Shown: in pieces, positions 19,820 to 29,624 of the stretch
Position numbering within the stretch: position 1 is the stretch's first letter
Layout: each line of letters starts with the position of its first letter
Source of the DNA: Alphaproteobacteria bacterium UBA3635
GTDB lineage: Bacteria > Pseudomonadota > Alphaproteobacteria > Rs-D84
Assembly (NCBI GenBank): GCA_002373935.1
Contig: DFKW01000004.1
Coordinates: 27,704 to 91,703 of the forward strand
Direction: 5' to 3'
Length of the DNA stretch: 64,000 bases
Position numbers and translations under genes: made by a program
The notes under the pieces: generated by a model
Told to the model about the DNA's origin: nothing
The model's database searches: none
What the model saw: the letters and a program-made list of their open reading frames with translations, nothing else

Positions 19820-21439
19820 ATGAAACCAATAAAAACATTTTTATTTGTGTCGGGTGGATTGGCCGCCGGTTTGGTGGCGATTCATTTAATGCGCACAACG
19901 CCCCCAACCACGAATACGGTCGGGAAAATACCAACAACAAATTATGGTGCTTTCTTGGCGGCACAACACGCGTTATACACCAATAATTTTGACCGGGCCG
20001 AGGAATTTTTAGACCAAATCGATACCGCATCCCGCGATTATAAATCTGTCGCAGAAATGCGCGTTTTAACCGATTTTTTGAACGGCAAAATACCCGACGA
20101 TATTTCGAATTTGAAAAAACAAAAAACCATCGCATCACGGATTATTGTTGATGCAAACCTGGTACAAAATGGCAAATGGGTTGATGTTTATGCACGACAC
20201 AAAAATGACACCATGCGATTGATGGCACCTTTTCGTATTTGGGGTGGGGTCGCAAATAATTACATAACAAAAAGTTTCAAATTTATTGATTCTTTGGGAA
20301 CAAATCCGTCGTGGCAGGCGTTTCTGCGCGGGCAGATTTATGCCGAACAAGGCAGGGCGGAAAAGGCCGCCGCCGCATTTGATGGGGTGAAACCTGAATT
20401 TTTGAATATAAATGATTATTTGTATTTGATGTCTTTTTATAAACATCACAATATGGATGCGCGCGCAAACAGTTTGCGAACAAAATTCACAACCAAACCC
20501 GGCAGTATGTTTATGATTGGATATAATAATATTCCCGATTGGTCGGTGTTTTCGGGGTATAAAAACCAATTGGCATTTAATCTGGTTCAAACGGTTGCAC
20601 ACACGCAATCTTTGGCACATTCTGATTTGTCTTTGATTTTGCTGCGGTTTGCGGAAAATGTTGCCGATAAAAACCAAATCCAAAGCGACGCAATAAATTA
20701 TCATTCGGGTTTGTATATGATGGCAAATATGGGTAATTATGATAAATATTTTTCTACCATAACCGAGGCCAGCCCGTATTATCCGTTTGTAAAATTGCGT
20801 TTGGCGGAATTAAACCATAATGAATCTGATGTGCGGCATGCCGTACGCGCGCAACCGTTGTTTATACCGGCGATAAATTTATTGGTTGGATGGGAAACTC
20901 AGCGCGGAAACAAAAACGCCGCATTGCGCGTAATTGACGACACATTGAAAAACCCGGATATTTCAACCGCGGCACGTGCGTATATGTACAAAATGCGGGC
21001 CGAGGTGAATTTTATATTCCAAGATATCCCCGCATCACAACACGATATTGATGCCGCATTAAGATTGATTGAAAAACCGGACCCTGATATTTTCAGTATC
21101 CAGGCACGCATTTGGGCGGCACAAAACACCAATTTGGACCGCGCATACGCGTACAGTTTGGCATTGGTGCAATTTGCGCCCGGTGACATGTGTTCGTGGG
21201 ATACATTGGGATATGTTATCCACGCCCGTGAAGGAGTGGTTGCCGCATTGGATGTAATGGAACGCGTTGGCGAAATTTCTAATTCTTGTTCGGCATTATT
21301 CGAACATTTGGGTGATTTGTATGTCGAAAACGGCGACGAAAAATTGGCCCGTGATGCGTATAGTCGCGCGATTGAATTGTCTGATGACGGGTTGGTTGTA
21401 AAACCTGTTTTGGAAAAGAAATTAAAAAAGGTTCAATAA
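19820..21439 (+). CDS. Exported or membrane-anchored TPR-like helical-repeat protein of unknown function
   Basis: N-terminal hydrophobic segment, then helical repeats (e.g. GDLYVENGDEKLARDAYSRAIEL). Confidence 0.5.
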   Translation: MKPIKTFLFVSGGLAAGLVAIHLMRTTPPTTNTVGKIPTTNYGAFLAAQHALYTNNFDRAEEFLDQIDTASRDYKSVAEMRVLTDFLNGKIPDDISNLKKQKTIASRIIVDANLVQNGKWVDVYARHKNDTMRLMAPFRIWGGVANNYITKSFKFIDSLGTNPSWQAFLRGQIYAEQGRAEKAAAAFDGVKPEFLNINDYLYLMSFYKHHNMDARANSLRTKFTTKPGSMFMIGYNNIPDWSVFSGYKNQLAFNLVQTVAHTQSLAHSDLSLILLRFAENVADKNQIQSDAINYHSGLYMMANMGNYDKYFSTITEASPYYPFVKLRLAELNHNESDVRHAVRAQPLFIPAINLLVGWETQRGNKNAALRVIDDTLKNPDISTAARAYMYKMRAEVNFIFQDIPASQHDIDAALRLIEKPDPDIFSIQARIWAAQNTNLDRAYAYSLALVQFAPGDMCSWDTLGYVIHAREGVVAALDVMERVGEISNSCSALFEHLGDLYVENGDEKLARDAYSRAIELSDDGLVVKPVLEKKLKKVQ

Positions 21440-22312
21440 ATGGTATTTCAAACGGTTGGTATTATCGGCGCAGGCGCGTGGGGAACGGCGTTGGCGATAA
21501 ATATTGCACGGGGCGGCAAAAAAGTCGTCCTGTGGTCGTTTGATGGCGAATACAAGCATTTTGACGGGGTTGATACACCCGCAAATTTAACCGTGGTTCA
21601 AAAATCGTATGATATTGCAAATACGGATGTGTGGCTGTGCGTGACACCGGCGGCGTTTTTCAAAGACACATTGAAAAAATTTGCACCGATTTATAACAAC
21701 CAACCGATTATTATCTGTACCAAGGGCGCAGACAGCAAAACGCATGAATTTATGGGCGAAATTTTGGCATATGTATTACCGCAATGCATGGATTTCGGCG
21801 TTTTATCGGGTCCACAATTCGCCGCCGAGGTGGCGTGCGGCGTTCCCACCGGTTCGACTTTGGCGGGAACGAAACGCGTGTTGGACGCGGGCAGGGCGGT
21901 TTTGAATTTGGCACACCTGGACGAAACAGATGATGTTATTGGCGCACAAATTTGTGGTGTTGGAAAAAATGTTATGGCGTTGATTGCCGGGTTTTTATCA
22001 ATCAAAACGGCCGGCGAAAATGAACGCGCGATGATATTTACGCGGTGCTGTAATGAAATTATAAACATCGGTATTGCCATGGGGGCAAAATTACAAACAT
22101 TTACCGGTCTGTGTGGGTTGGGTGATTTGTTTTTATCGGCAACATCCACAACCTCTCGTAATTTTTCGGGTGGTGTTGCAATTGCAAACGGGACACAATT
22201 GGTTGGCACGGTCGAAGGCATTTTTGCATTTGACACGATATTAAATCGTGCCGAAAGATTGGGTATAAAAACACCGGCACTGACCCAAATAAAGAGCAAA
22301 ATGAAAATATAA
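21440..22312 (+). CDS. gpsA: NAD(P)H-dependent glycerol-3-phosphate dehydrogenase
   Basis: GIIGAGAWGTALA Rossmann motif; GpsA-type central and C-terminal regions. Confidence 0.85.
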   Translation: MVFQTVGIIGAGAWGTALAINIARGGKKVVLWSFDGEYKHFDGVDTPANLTVVQKSYDIANTDVWLCVTPAAFFKDTLKKFAPIYNNQPIIICTKGADSKTHEFMGEILAYVLPQCMDFGVLSGPQFAAEVACGVPTGSTLAGTKRVLDAGRAVLNLAHLDETDDVIGAQICGVGKNVMALIAGFLSIKTAGENERAMIFTRCCNEIINIGIAMGAKLQTFTGLCGLGDLFLSATSTTSRNFSGGVAIANGTQLVGTVEGIFAFDTILNRAERLGIKTPALTQIKSKMKI

Positions 22313-22345
22313 AAAAACGCCGGTCAATACCGGTGTTTTTTTTTA
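22312..22345. terminator. Bidirectional terminator, CACCGGTG-family variant
   Basis: aaaaaaacgccggtcaataccggtgttttttttt. Confidence 0.65.
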
Positions 22346-22363
22346 ACTTTTTTATTATTTATA

Positions 22364-23293
22364 TCAAAACAAATAGGCAATATAAAACCCATATACACAT
22401 AAAAACAATGCGCCCATCCAACGCGGAATTTTACCCGCCAAGCCACACAAAATCATCGCAATTGTTGCGGCAACCATAACCCAAAAACTGTCCCATAATG
22501 GTGGGATTGGGGTAGGGCGTATCAATCCAATAGCACCCATAATTAAAAATATGTTGGCGATATTACTGCCGATGATATTGCCGTACGCAACTGACGCGTG
22601 TTTATGTATTGCCGCAATGATTGATACCGTCAATTCAGGCAGAGATGTTCCAAACGCAATCAATGTCAATCCCACAACAGATTCTTTTACCCCCCAAATG
22701 CGCGCCAATTTTGATGCAGACGCCACCAACAAATCGGCACCATATACGATTGCCGCAATTGATAAAATCGACAATGTGCTATATATCAAAACCGATATTT
22801 CTTTGCGTCGTGTTAAATGCAGGTCTTCGGGTTCGGGTTCTTTGTCATAACAAATAACAAAATACCCCAATATAAACAGAATAAAAAATATGCCGATAAT
22901 TGTGTCCAGATACCCAAACCACATAGTTAAACCCAACAAAAATACCGACATTATTAAAAACAGCCCATCACGACGAAAACCGGCGCGTTCAATGCGTACA
23001 GGCGACAACAATGCCGACAGACCTAATATAAGTAAAATATTTGAAATGTTTGACCCAATGATATTACCAAACGCAATCCCCGGCACCGGTGGCGTTGCCG
23101 ATAACGCGGTCAATGATGCGGACAATTCCGGCAGAGATGTTCCGCATCCCATTAAAACAATGCCAATTACCAATGGTGACAGGTGTAATTTTTTTGCCAG
23201 TTTTACACCAGAGTGGACCAAGACCTCGCCACCACCAACCAATAATGCCAAACCAACAATAAACAACAAATATATCATTTTTTCACCCATCAT
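22364..23293 (-). CDS. CaCA-family cation/Ca2+ antiporter (YrbG-like)
   Basis: Two alpha-repeat motifs GNIIGSNI.N. Ten predicted TM helices. Confidence 0.75.
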   Translation of the reverse strand: MMGEKMIYLLFIVGLALLVGGGEVLVHSGVKLAKKLHLSPLVIGIVLMGCGTSLPELSASLTALSATPPVPGIAFGNIIGSNISNILLILGLSALLSPVRIERAGFRRDGLFLIMSVFLLGLTMWFGYLDTIIGIFFILFILGYFVICYDKEPEPEDLHLTRRKEISVLIYSTLSILSIAAIVYGADLLVASASKLARIWGVKESVVGLTLIAFGTSLPELTVSIIAAIHKHASVAYGNIIGSNIANIFLIMGAIGLIRPTPIPPLWDSFWVMVAATIAMILCGLAGKIPRWMGALFLCVYGFYIAYLF

Positions 23294-23328
23294 ATTTGCA
23301 ATATTTTGCCATCGTGACGCGCGTTTTT

Positions 23329-24546
23329 TTATTCATAACGCAAACTATCAATCGGGTTTAATTTCGCCGCCTTGATTGCCGGAAAAACGCCAGACGCCAA
23401 ACCAACAACGATAGCGACCGTCACCGACAACACAACCGGCCAAATACTTAACGGGACATTATAACCCAACCACAAACGACCGACACCTTGGGCCAATAAC
23501 TCGCCCAATAACAACCCGGTCATAGAACCAATAAACGAAATCAAAACAGATTCCGACAGGAATTGTATAATAATATGTTTTTCGCGCGCACCAATGGCCT
23601 TGCGCACACCAATTTCGCGCGTTCTTTCCGCGACAGACACCAACATCATATTCATAATACCAATCGAACCCACCAACAAAGACACCGCCGCAATCGCCAC
23701 CAGTAATAATTTGATATAACCCGTCACCGTTGACATTGTTTCCATAACCTGTTTCATGTCGGTAATTTGAAAATCGTCTTCATCGGTGTCTTTTAACCGG
23801 TGACGCGAACGGAGCAGGGCGGTTATTTGTTCGGTTGCGATATTGTTATCGGCATCTTGGTATAATTTCAAAACAATTGATTGAACGGCGTTGGGAAAAC
23901 GACTGCCCGACAGGCGTTTTTTTAATGTTGTAATTGGAATTAAAACCAAATCATCGGCACTGCCCATTACGGAATCACCTTTGGCTTTTGTGATGCCGAT
24001 AACAACAAATGGCGTGTTTTGTATTCTGATTATTTCACCAACCGGATTTGCCCCCATACCCAATTCAGACGCCGTTTCCGGCCCAATCACCGCGTATGTC
24101 GCCGCGTTTTTTACCGCATCCATATCAAAAAATGTGCCGTGTTCTATTTCGACATTTTGGACGGTTTGATAATCCGGATACACACCAATCATTGATGTGG
24201 ACCAATTTTTATTACCAAAAACAACCTGGGCACCGGACATCTGCATAGGAGTCACGGCGGCAACATCAGGTAATTTTGCCAAAAATTCTGCGTCATCGGT
24301 GGTCAATGTTTGTTTATTTCCGGTTCGCACGCCCGCAACACGCGCCGCACCCGCACGAATAACAATTGTGTTTGTCCCCAGTGACGAAAATTGGTCGTTG
24401 ATTGATTGTTGCACGGTTTCGCCAACCGCAACCATTATCACCACCGCCATAACACCAATAATAATACCCAACACGGTCAAAAAAGAACGCAATTTATTAC
24501 CACTGATTGACAGCCAAGATTCTTTCATAATATCGTTAAAGGTCAT
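23329..24546 (-). CDS. ABC transporter permease, MacB/FtsX-family
   Basis: N-terminal TM helix, large periplasmic domain, C-terminal FtsX 3-TM module ending AAKLNPIDSLRYE. Confidence 0.8.
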   Translation of the reverse strand: MTFNDIMKESWLSISGNKLRSFLTVLGIIIGVMAVVIMVAVGETVQQSINDQFSSLGTNTIVIRAGAARVAGVRTGNKQTLTTDDAEFLAKLPDVAAVTPMQMSGAQVVFGNKNWSTSMIGVYPDYQTVQNVEIEHGTFFDMDAVKNAATYAVIGPETASELGMGANPVGEIIRIQNTPFVVIGITKAKGDSVMGSADDLVLIPITTLKKRLSGSRFPNAVQSIVLKLYQDADNNIATEQITALLRSRHRLKDTDEDDFQITDMKQVMETMSTVTGYIKLLLVAIAAVSLLVGSIGIMNMMLVSVAERTREIGVRKAIGAREKHIIIQFLSESVLISFIGSMTGLLLGELLAQGVGRLWLGYNVPLSIWPVVLSVTVAIVVGLASGVFPAIKAAKLNPIDSLRYE

Positions 24547-25304
24547 TTTGATTCCCTTTTGTGTTTTGGCATTAAATCAGATTCAGAGCGTGGGATTTTT
24601 CCGTCGTATGTGACACGCCCGTCGTAAATGTGAATCAGGCGGTCCGAATATTTTGCAATATCAAATTCGTGGGTAATCATCACGATTGTTATTCCCATAT
24701 CACGATTTAATTTTTTGAAAAACTGTAAAATTTCATTTCCCATTTTGGAATCTAACGCGCCGGTCGGTTCGTCCGCCAAAATCAACTTTGGTGTTCCCGC
24801 CAGTGCGCGCGCAATCGCAACGCGTTGTTTCATACCGCCCGATAATTGCGTCGGCAAATATGTTTCAAATTCAGACAACCCCACCAATTTCAGCATTTCG
24901 CGCGATTTTGATACGCGTTCAGACATCGGCAATCCACGATACATCAATGGCAACATTACATTATCCAAAATGTTTCTTTTGGGTAATAAATTAAAGTTTT
25001 GAAAAACAAATCCTATATATTCATTACGCACGATAGCCAATTCATCCGCCGTCATGGTTGATATGTCGCGGCCATATAATTCGTATGTTCCCGATGTCGC
25101 AGAATCCAGCGCACCAATTATATTCATACATGTTGATTTTCCGGACCCCGATGGCCCCATAATTGATACAAATTCCCCGGATTTAATGTTGATATCAATA
25201 TCAAACAACACCTGTTGAGTGCCACCAATTTCCAACGGAAAACTTTTGCAAATTTTATGTAATGATATGATGTCGGTCTGAGTTGCCATCTGATTTTTTC
25301 CCAT
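24543..25304 (-). CDS. ABC transporter ATP-binding protein (MacB/LolD-like)
   Basis: Walker A GPSGSGKST, signature LSGGMKQRVAIARAL, Walker B ILADEPTGALD. Confidence 0.9.
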   Translation of the reverse strand: MGKNQMATQTDIISLHKICKSFPLEIGGTQQVLFDIDINIKSGEFVSIMGPSGSGKSTCMNIIGALDSATSGTYELYGRDISTMTADELAIVRNEYIGFVFQNFNLLPKRNILDNVMLPLMYRGLPMSERVSKSREMLKLVGLSEFETYLPTQLSGGMKQRVAIARALAGTPKLILADEPTGALDSKMGNEILQFFKKLNRDMGITIVMITHEFDIAKYSDRLIHIYDGRVTYDGKIPRSESDLMPKHKRESK

Positions 25305-26533
25305 TACATTGGACCGCCACCCATTGGACGCCCACGCATTGTTGATTTTTTACCGGACGATACCTGGCCAACACGACCCACGATGATTTTATCACCAAAT
25401 TGAATTTCGTCTGACACAATCTGGGTTTCGGTTGCAGTCACCAGGCCTTTTTCAAACGGAATAATTACAACCTGTTTATCACGCAACACCGCCAGATGAT
25501 TTTCCGGTGACACATTGGCGGCCGCCGGGTCGATATTTGCAAACGATTTTACCAAAAACGCCGAATTTGGCGCATACCACGCGTCTTCGGCACGATTGAC
25601 AACAATTGTGACAAATGCGGTCATGCCCGGCATCAATAATAATTGTTCATTATCAACATCTATCACCACGGTATATACCACAACATTAGATGTCGTTGTT
25701 GGCGACAGGCGAATTTGACGAACAACACCAACAAATGTATTACCCGGATATGCATCAACCGTAAAATGCACAGATTGTCCTTGCTGAATCATGCCGATAT
25801 CGGCCTCGGATACCGCGGTTTCAATTTGCATTTTGGTTAAATCTTCGGCAATTTCGAATAAATCAGGGGTTTGGAAAGATGCCGCAACCGTTTGACCTTT
25901 ATCAACCTTGCGCGATATAACCGTACCATCAACCGGGGATGTAATTGTTGCATACCCAAGGTTTGTCACGGCCTTGTCATATTGGGATTGCGCACGAGTC
26001 ACGGCGGCGACAGATTGTTCGTATTGTGATTGCGATTGTTCCATTTCGGCGCGCGCAATAAAACCGTCGGCGTATAAAGATTTGTTGCGAACATAATCAG
26101 ATTTCGCCAAATTCATTTGTGATTTCGCAGAATCCAATGCGGCCTGGGCCTCGGTCACAGATGATTGCAAAACCGACGGTTCAATTTTCAATAAAATATC
26201 ACCTTGTTTTACACGGGAATTAAAATCAACAAATATATCCTCGATTGTGCCGGAAACCTGGGAACCAACACTGACAGTGTTGACGGGACTGATTTCGCCG
26301 GTGGCACTGACGACCTGTTCCATGTCACCACGCGATACATCAATCGTCACAAATGCGCCGCGTGCACCCGATTTTTTTGCACCACCCAAAAATATAAAAC
26401 CCAAAACAACAACAACGATTATTATAATCGTCCACCATTTGTGGCGCCACATCCACGAAAAAAATCCCTTGATTTTATTCCACATCAGAACCCCCATCCA
26501 ATTTTGATTGTATATCACCAATCGCCAGCGCAA
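25304..26533 (-). CDS. HlyD/MacA-family periplasmic adaptor (membrane-fusion protein)
   Basis: TM anchor, coiled-coil with lipoyl and beta-barrel domains, C-terminal GGGPM. The true start is probably an internal Met near 26485-26497, because the ORF overlaps the upstream gene by 59 bp. Confidence 0.75.
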   Translation of the reverse strand: MRWRLVIYNQNWMGVLMWNKIKGFFSWMWRHKWWTIIIIVVVVLGFIFLGGAKKSGARGAFVTIDVSRGDMEQVVSATGEISPVNTVSVGSQVSGTIEDIFVDFNSRVKQGDILLKIEPSVLQSSVTEAQAALDSAKSQMNLAKSDYVRNKSLYADGFIARAEMEQSQSQYEQSVAAVTRAQSQYDKAVTNLGYATITSPVDGTVISRKVDKGQTVAASFQTPDLFEIAEDLTKMQIETAVSEADIGMIQQGQSVHFTVDAYPGNTFVGVVRQIRLSPTTTSNVVVYTVVIDVDNEQLLLMPGMTAFVTIVVNRAEDAWYAPNSAFLVKSFANIDPAAANVSPENHLAVLRDKQVVIIPFEKGLVTATETQIVSDEIQFGDKIIVGRVGQVSSGKKSTMRGRPMGGGPM

Positions 26534-27800
26534 CCGCCGCGCGTTTTATATATAAATCATATTTTGCCGCATTGTGTTGGTTGCGTGCATCAACCAATTC
26601 AGATTGCGCCGTTTGCCAATCCAACATTGTTGCGCGTCCAACCCGATACATCCCCGATGTCACGCGTTCTGATTCCGTTGCAGATTTTAACAATGCCGCC
26701 GTTTGTTCCAATACTGTTTTTGCGGTTTTATAATTTTGATACGCCGTGAACACATCCATCATCGCGTTGTTTGACACCGCACGTTCATTGTCAGACGCCG
26801 CATCATATTGCGCAACCGCCGCACGCGCGTTATACATATTGGCAAAACCCGCAAATATCGGCATTGATACAGATATACCAATCCGACCATCGGCACGGGA
26901 ACGCACATCATCAAACAACCCACCAACATTTTGCGCATTGGTGCCAATACTGGCCGATGCAGAAATCGATGGCAAATTTTTCAAAAACGCGATATTACGG
27001 CGATGCCACGCGGCGTCTTTATTCGCCGTCGCACGCAGCAAATCAGGCCGCTGTTTACGCGCAATTTCAATCAATTTATCAATATTTTCACTTTCCGCAT
27101 CACTGCCAAAAGATGCCGGCATATCGGCGATTGTAATTTCGTTATCCGCCGGGAAAGATAATTTTGTCAGCAAGTTGCCCTTGGTAATTTCACGATTGTT
27201 TTTTGCGCGTTCTAATTTTAATTCGGCGGATGCAAGCGTCGTGTCGGCTTTATACACATCGGCCTTGGCCACGGCACCGGCCTTGAACTTTTTATCGGCG
27301 GTATCTTTGGCGGTTTGCGCAACCGTCAATGCCATTTTCGCAGATTCAACATTTGCATTTGCGTTTAACAATTCATAATACGCACCAATCACAGAATATA
27401 TATAATTTTGCACCGTTTCATCATAATCAAAACCCGCCGCACGATATGTCGCCAATGCCGCCGCAACATCAGATGTCCGCCGCCCAAAATCAAATATCAA
27501 ATATCGGGCGGATAAAGACGCCCCATATTCCCAATCTTTGTGCGATTTAATACTGGCACGCGATGCAGAAACACCCGCATCCACCGTCGGTAAATACGAT
27601 GCATACGCCGCGTTTTTTGTAAAATGTGATGCACGATATGATGCATACGCCGCGGATGTTTGTGGATTGCGACATAAACCATAATCAATAACTTGTTGTA
27701 ATGTTAAAACCATATCGGGGACCGTGCGCAATTTTGCACAATCGTCGGCACCATATACCGCACATGGAAACACCGCAAAAAACAGCAAAAATTTCCTCAT
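26475..27800 (-). CDS. TolC-family outer-membrane efflux channel
   Basis: Signal peptide, two OEP repeats with coiled-coil segments. First gene of the efflux operon. Confidence 0.8.
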   Translation of the reverse strand: MRKFLLFFAVFPCAVYGADDCAKLRTVPDMVLTLQQVIDYGLCRNPQTSAAYASYRASHFTKNAAYASYLPTVDAGVSASRASIKSHKDWEYGASLSARYLIFDFGRRTSDVAAALATYRAAGFDYDETVQNYIYSVIGAYYELLNANANVESAKMALTVAQTAKDTADKKFKAGAVAKADVYKADTTLASAELKLERAKNNREITKGNLLTKLSFPADNEITIADMPASFGSDAESENIDKLIEIARKQRPDLLRATANKDAAWHRRNIAFLKNLPSISASASIGTNAQNVGGLFDDVRSRADGRIGISVSMPIFAGFANMYNARAAVAQYDAASDNERAVSNNAMMDVFTAYQNYKTAKTVLEQTAALLKSATESERVTSGMYRVGRATMLDWQTAQSELVDARNQHNAAKYDLYIKRAAVALAIGDIQSKLDGGSDVE

Positions 27801-27951
27801 AAAACATTCTCTCTATTTTAATAAAATATATCAAAAATCATAATGTTGCGCAATAAAAAACGACGGGCAAAAACCCGCATTTATTCAGGCAAAATTTTAT
27901 GTTGCAAACACGGCTTTTTTTGTTTAACATGCAAGCACACAACGCATCAAA

Positions 27952-28025
27952 GGCCAGGTGGCAGAGTGGTTATGCAGAGGACTGCAAATCCTTGTATGCC
28001 GGTTCGATTCCGACCCTGGCCTCCA
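27952..28025 (+). tRNA. tRNA-Cys (GCA)
   Basis: GGCCAGGTGGCAGAGTGGTTATGCAGAGGACTGCAAATCCTTGTATGCCGGTTCGATTCCGACCCTGGCCTCCA. Cloverleaf with anticodon GCA and an encoded CCA end. Confidence 0.9.
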
Positions 28026-28037
28026 ATTTTTTTCAAA

Positions 28038-29120
28038 ATGATTGATTGTTTAACTCTGACCGATTTTAGAAACCACAAAACATCGCGCATAAATACACAT
28101 GGCGCAAAAAACATTGTTATCATTGGCGAAAATGGTGCCGGCAAAACCGCCGTACTGGAGGCGATATCCATGTTATCCGGGGACCGTGGTATGCGCGGGG
28201 CGGACATGTCTGATATTGCGCGATTTGGTGGCACGGGTGGTTTTTCGGTGTTTTGTGAAACCACGGGCGACGATTTAATATCTGTATATTTTAACCCGGG
28301 CGAAAATAATCGGCACGCAAAAATAAATGACGAAAATGCCGCATTGGGGGAATTGGGAAAAATATTGCGCATTGTGTGGATTTCCCCACGCGAAGACCGT
28401 TTGTTTGTGGATAATGTCGCCGACCGGCGCGCATTTTTTGACCGCATGGCATCTAACTTTGACCCGGCACACATTGGGCGCACCGCACGATTTTCAAAAC
28501 TGTTATCGGAACGGGCGGCGGCATTAAAATCGGGCGCAGATGCACATTGGTTGGACGCATTGGATGACCAATTGGCGGGTGTTGCGGTTGCGGTGGCGAC
28601 GGGGCGCGTGCAATATGCGGGCGAATTAAATTTCTTTTTGGAAAAATTTAGTGTGTCGGTTGACGGCATTATCGAAAAAATGATAATTGCGGGCACGCCT
28701 GCGGCGGCGGCAGAACGCGAATATCGTAATTATTTGGCACAAAATCGCGAGTTGATATATGACAAAATGGTTTTGGATGGGCCACATAAATCTGATTTCG
28801 GGATGTTTAACAACGAATTAAATTTGCCGGTAAAAACCACCAGTACCGGTCAACAAAAAAACGCGTTATTTGATTTGGTTTTGGCACACACAGATTTATT
28901 ACACACAAAAACAAAACAAAACAGTATTGTATTGCTGGACGAGGCCGCCGCCCACCTGGACGCGGGGACGCGCGCAAAAATTTTCAAAAAATTAAACGAT
29001 ACACATACCCAGGTTTGGGCAACCGGATTGGATGCCGGGGCGTTTGTTGATGTGCCGGACGCCGTATTTGTCACTTGCGCGGACGGCGAAATTAGTTCTA
29101 TAATCCATCCGGAGATTTAA
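28038..29120 (+). CDS. recF: DNA replication and repair protein RecF
   Basis: LTLTDFRNHK followed by Walker A GENGAGKTAVLEAI. C-terminal signature and Walker B LLDE. Start set at MIDCLTL, downstream of the tRNA. Confidence 0.85.
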   Translation: MIDCLTLTDFRNHKTSRINTHGAKNIVIIGENGAGKTAVLEAISMLSGDRGMRGADMSDIARFGGTGGFSVFCETTGDDLISVYFNPGENNRHAKINDENAALGELGKILRIVWISPREDRLFVDNVADRRAFFDRMASNFDPAHIGRTARFSKLLSERAAALKSGADAHWLDALDDQLAGVAVAVATGRVQYAGELNFFLEKFSVSVDGIIEKMIIAGTPAAAAEREYRNYLAQNRELIYDKMVLDGPHKSDFGMFNNELNLPVKTTSTGQQKNALFDLVLAHTDLLHTKTKQNSIVLLDEAAAHLDAGTRAKIFKKLNDTHTQVWATGLDAGAFVDVPDAVFVTCADGEISSIIHPEI

Positions 29121-29121
29121 C

Positions 29122-29589
29122 ATGGCAAAAATTGATTATCAATTATTACTGGATGGGGCGTTAAAATCTGTGGTCAAAGACGCGTTGATTTATGCCCAAA
29201 TAAACGGTCTGGGCGACGGGGCGCATTTTTTCATTACTTTCAAAACCCGTGACCCGGGGGTCCAGTTGCCTGATTTTTTACGCATGCGGTATCCCGACAT
29301 TATGACGATTGTATTACAGTATTCTTATACAAACCTGCATGTGTCGGACAAAGAATTTGGTGTGCAGTTGACATTTGATGGGCGGCCGTTTTTTATTCGC
29401 GTGCCATTTTCCGCATTGGTTGAATTCAAAGACCCGTCGGTTGATTTTATTTTAACATTTCAACACAAATCTATGCCGGAATCTGCGGATAACGATATGG
29501 AATTGCCGTTGGATGAAAATAAAAATTCTGTGCCGGACGATAAACGCGTCGTGTCATTGGATGAATTTAGAAAGAAAAAAATGCAATAA
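29122..29589 (+). CDS. sspB: ClpXP adaptor SspB (stringent starvation protein B)
   Basis: 155 aa. HFFITF...PGVQLP...MTIVLQ...FGVQLTFDGRPFFIRVPFSALV parallels the SspB substrate-binding fold. Disordered acidic tail ends in a hydrophobic ClpX-binding-like segment. Confidence 0.6.
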   Translation: MAKIDYQLLLDGALKSVVKDALIYAQINGLGDGAHFFITFKTRDPGVQLPDFLRMRYPDIMTIVLQYSYTNLHVSDKEFGVQLTFDGRPFFIRVPFSALVEFKDPSVDFILTFQHKSMPESADNDMELPLDENKNSVPDDKRVVSLDEFRKKKMQ

Positions 29590-29618
29590 AAATCGTCCAA
29601 ATGGACGTTTTTTATTTT
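29590..29618. terminator. Bidirectional terminator
   Basis: aaaatcgtccaaatggacgttttttatttt. Confidence 0.6.
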
Positions 29619-29624
29619 AACATG

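Noticed and set aside
20135-20704. 189-aa minus-strand ORF inside the TPR-like gene, and the 96-aa ORF at 20899-21189
   Set aside because: Antisense shadow ORFs.
26746-27378. 210-aa plus-strand ORF antisense to the tolC-like gene, and the 181-aa ORF at 26204-26749
   Set aside because: Antisense to well-supported efflux genes. No RBS.
27843-28037. N-terminal extension of the recF ORF
   Set aside because: It overlaps a bona fide tRNA-Cys. The RecF family alignment starts at MIDCLTLTDFRNHK.
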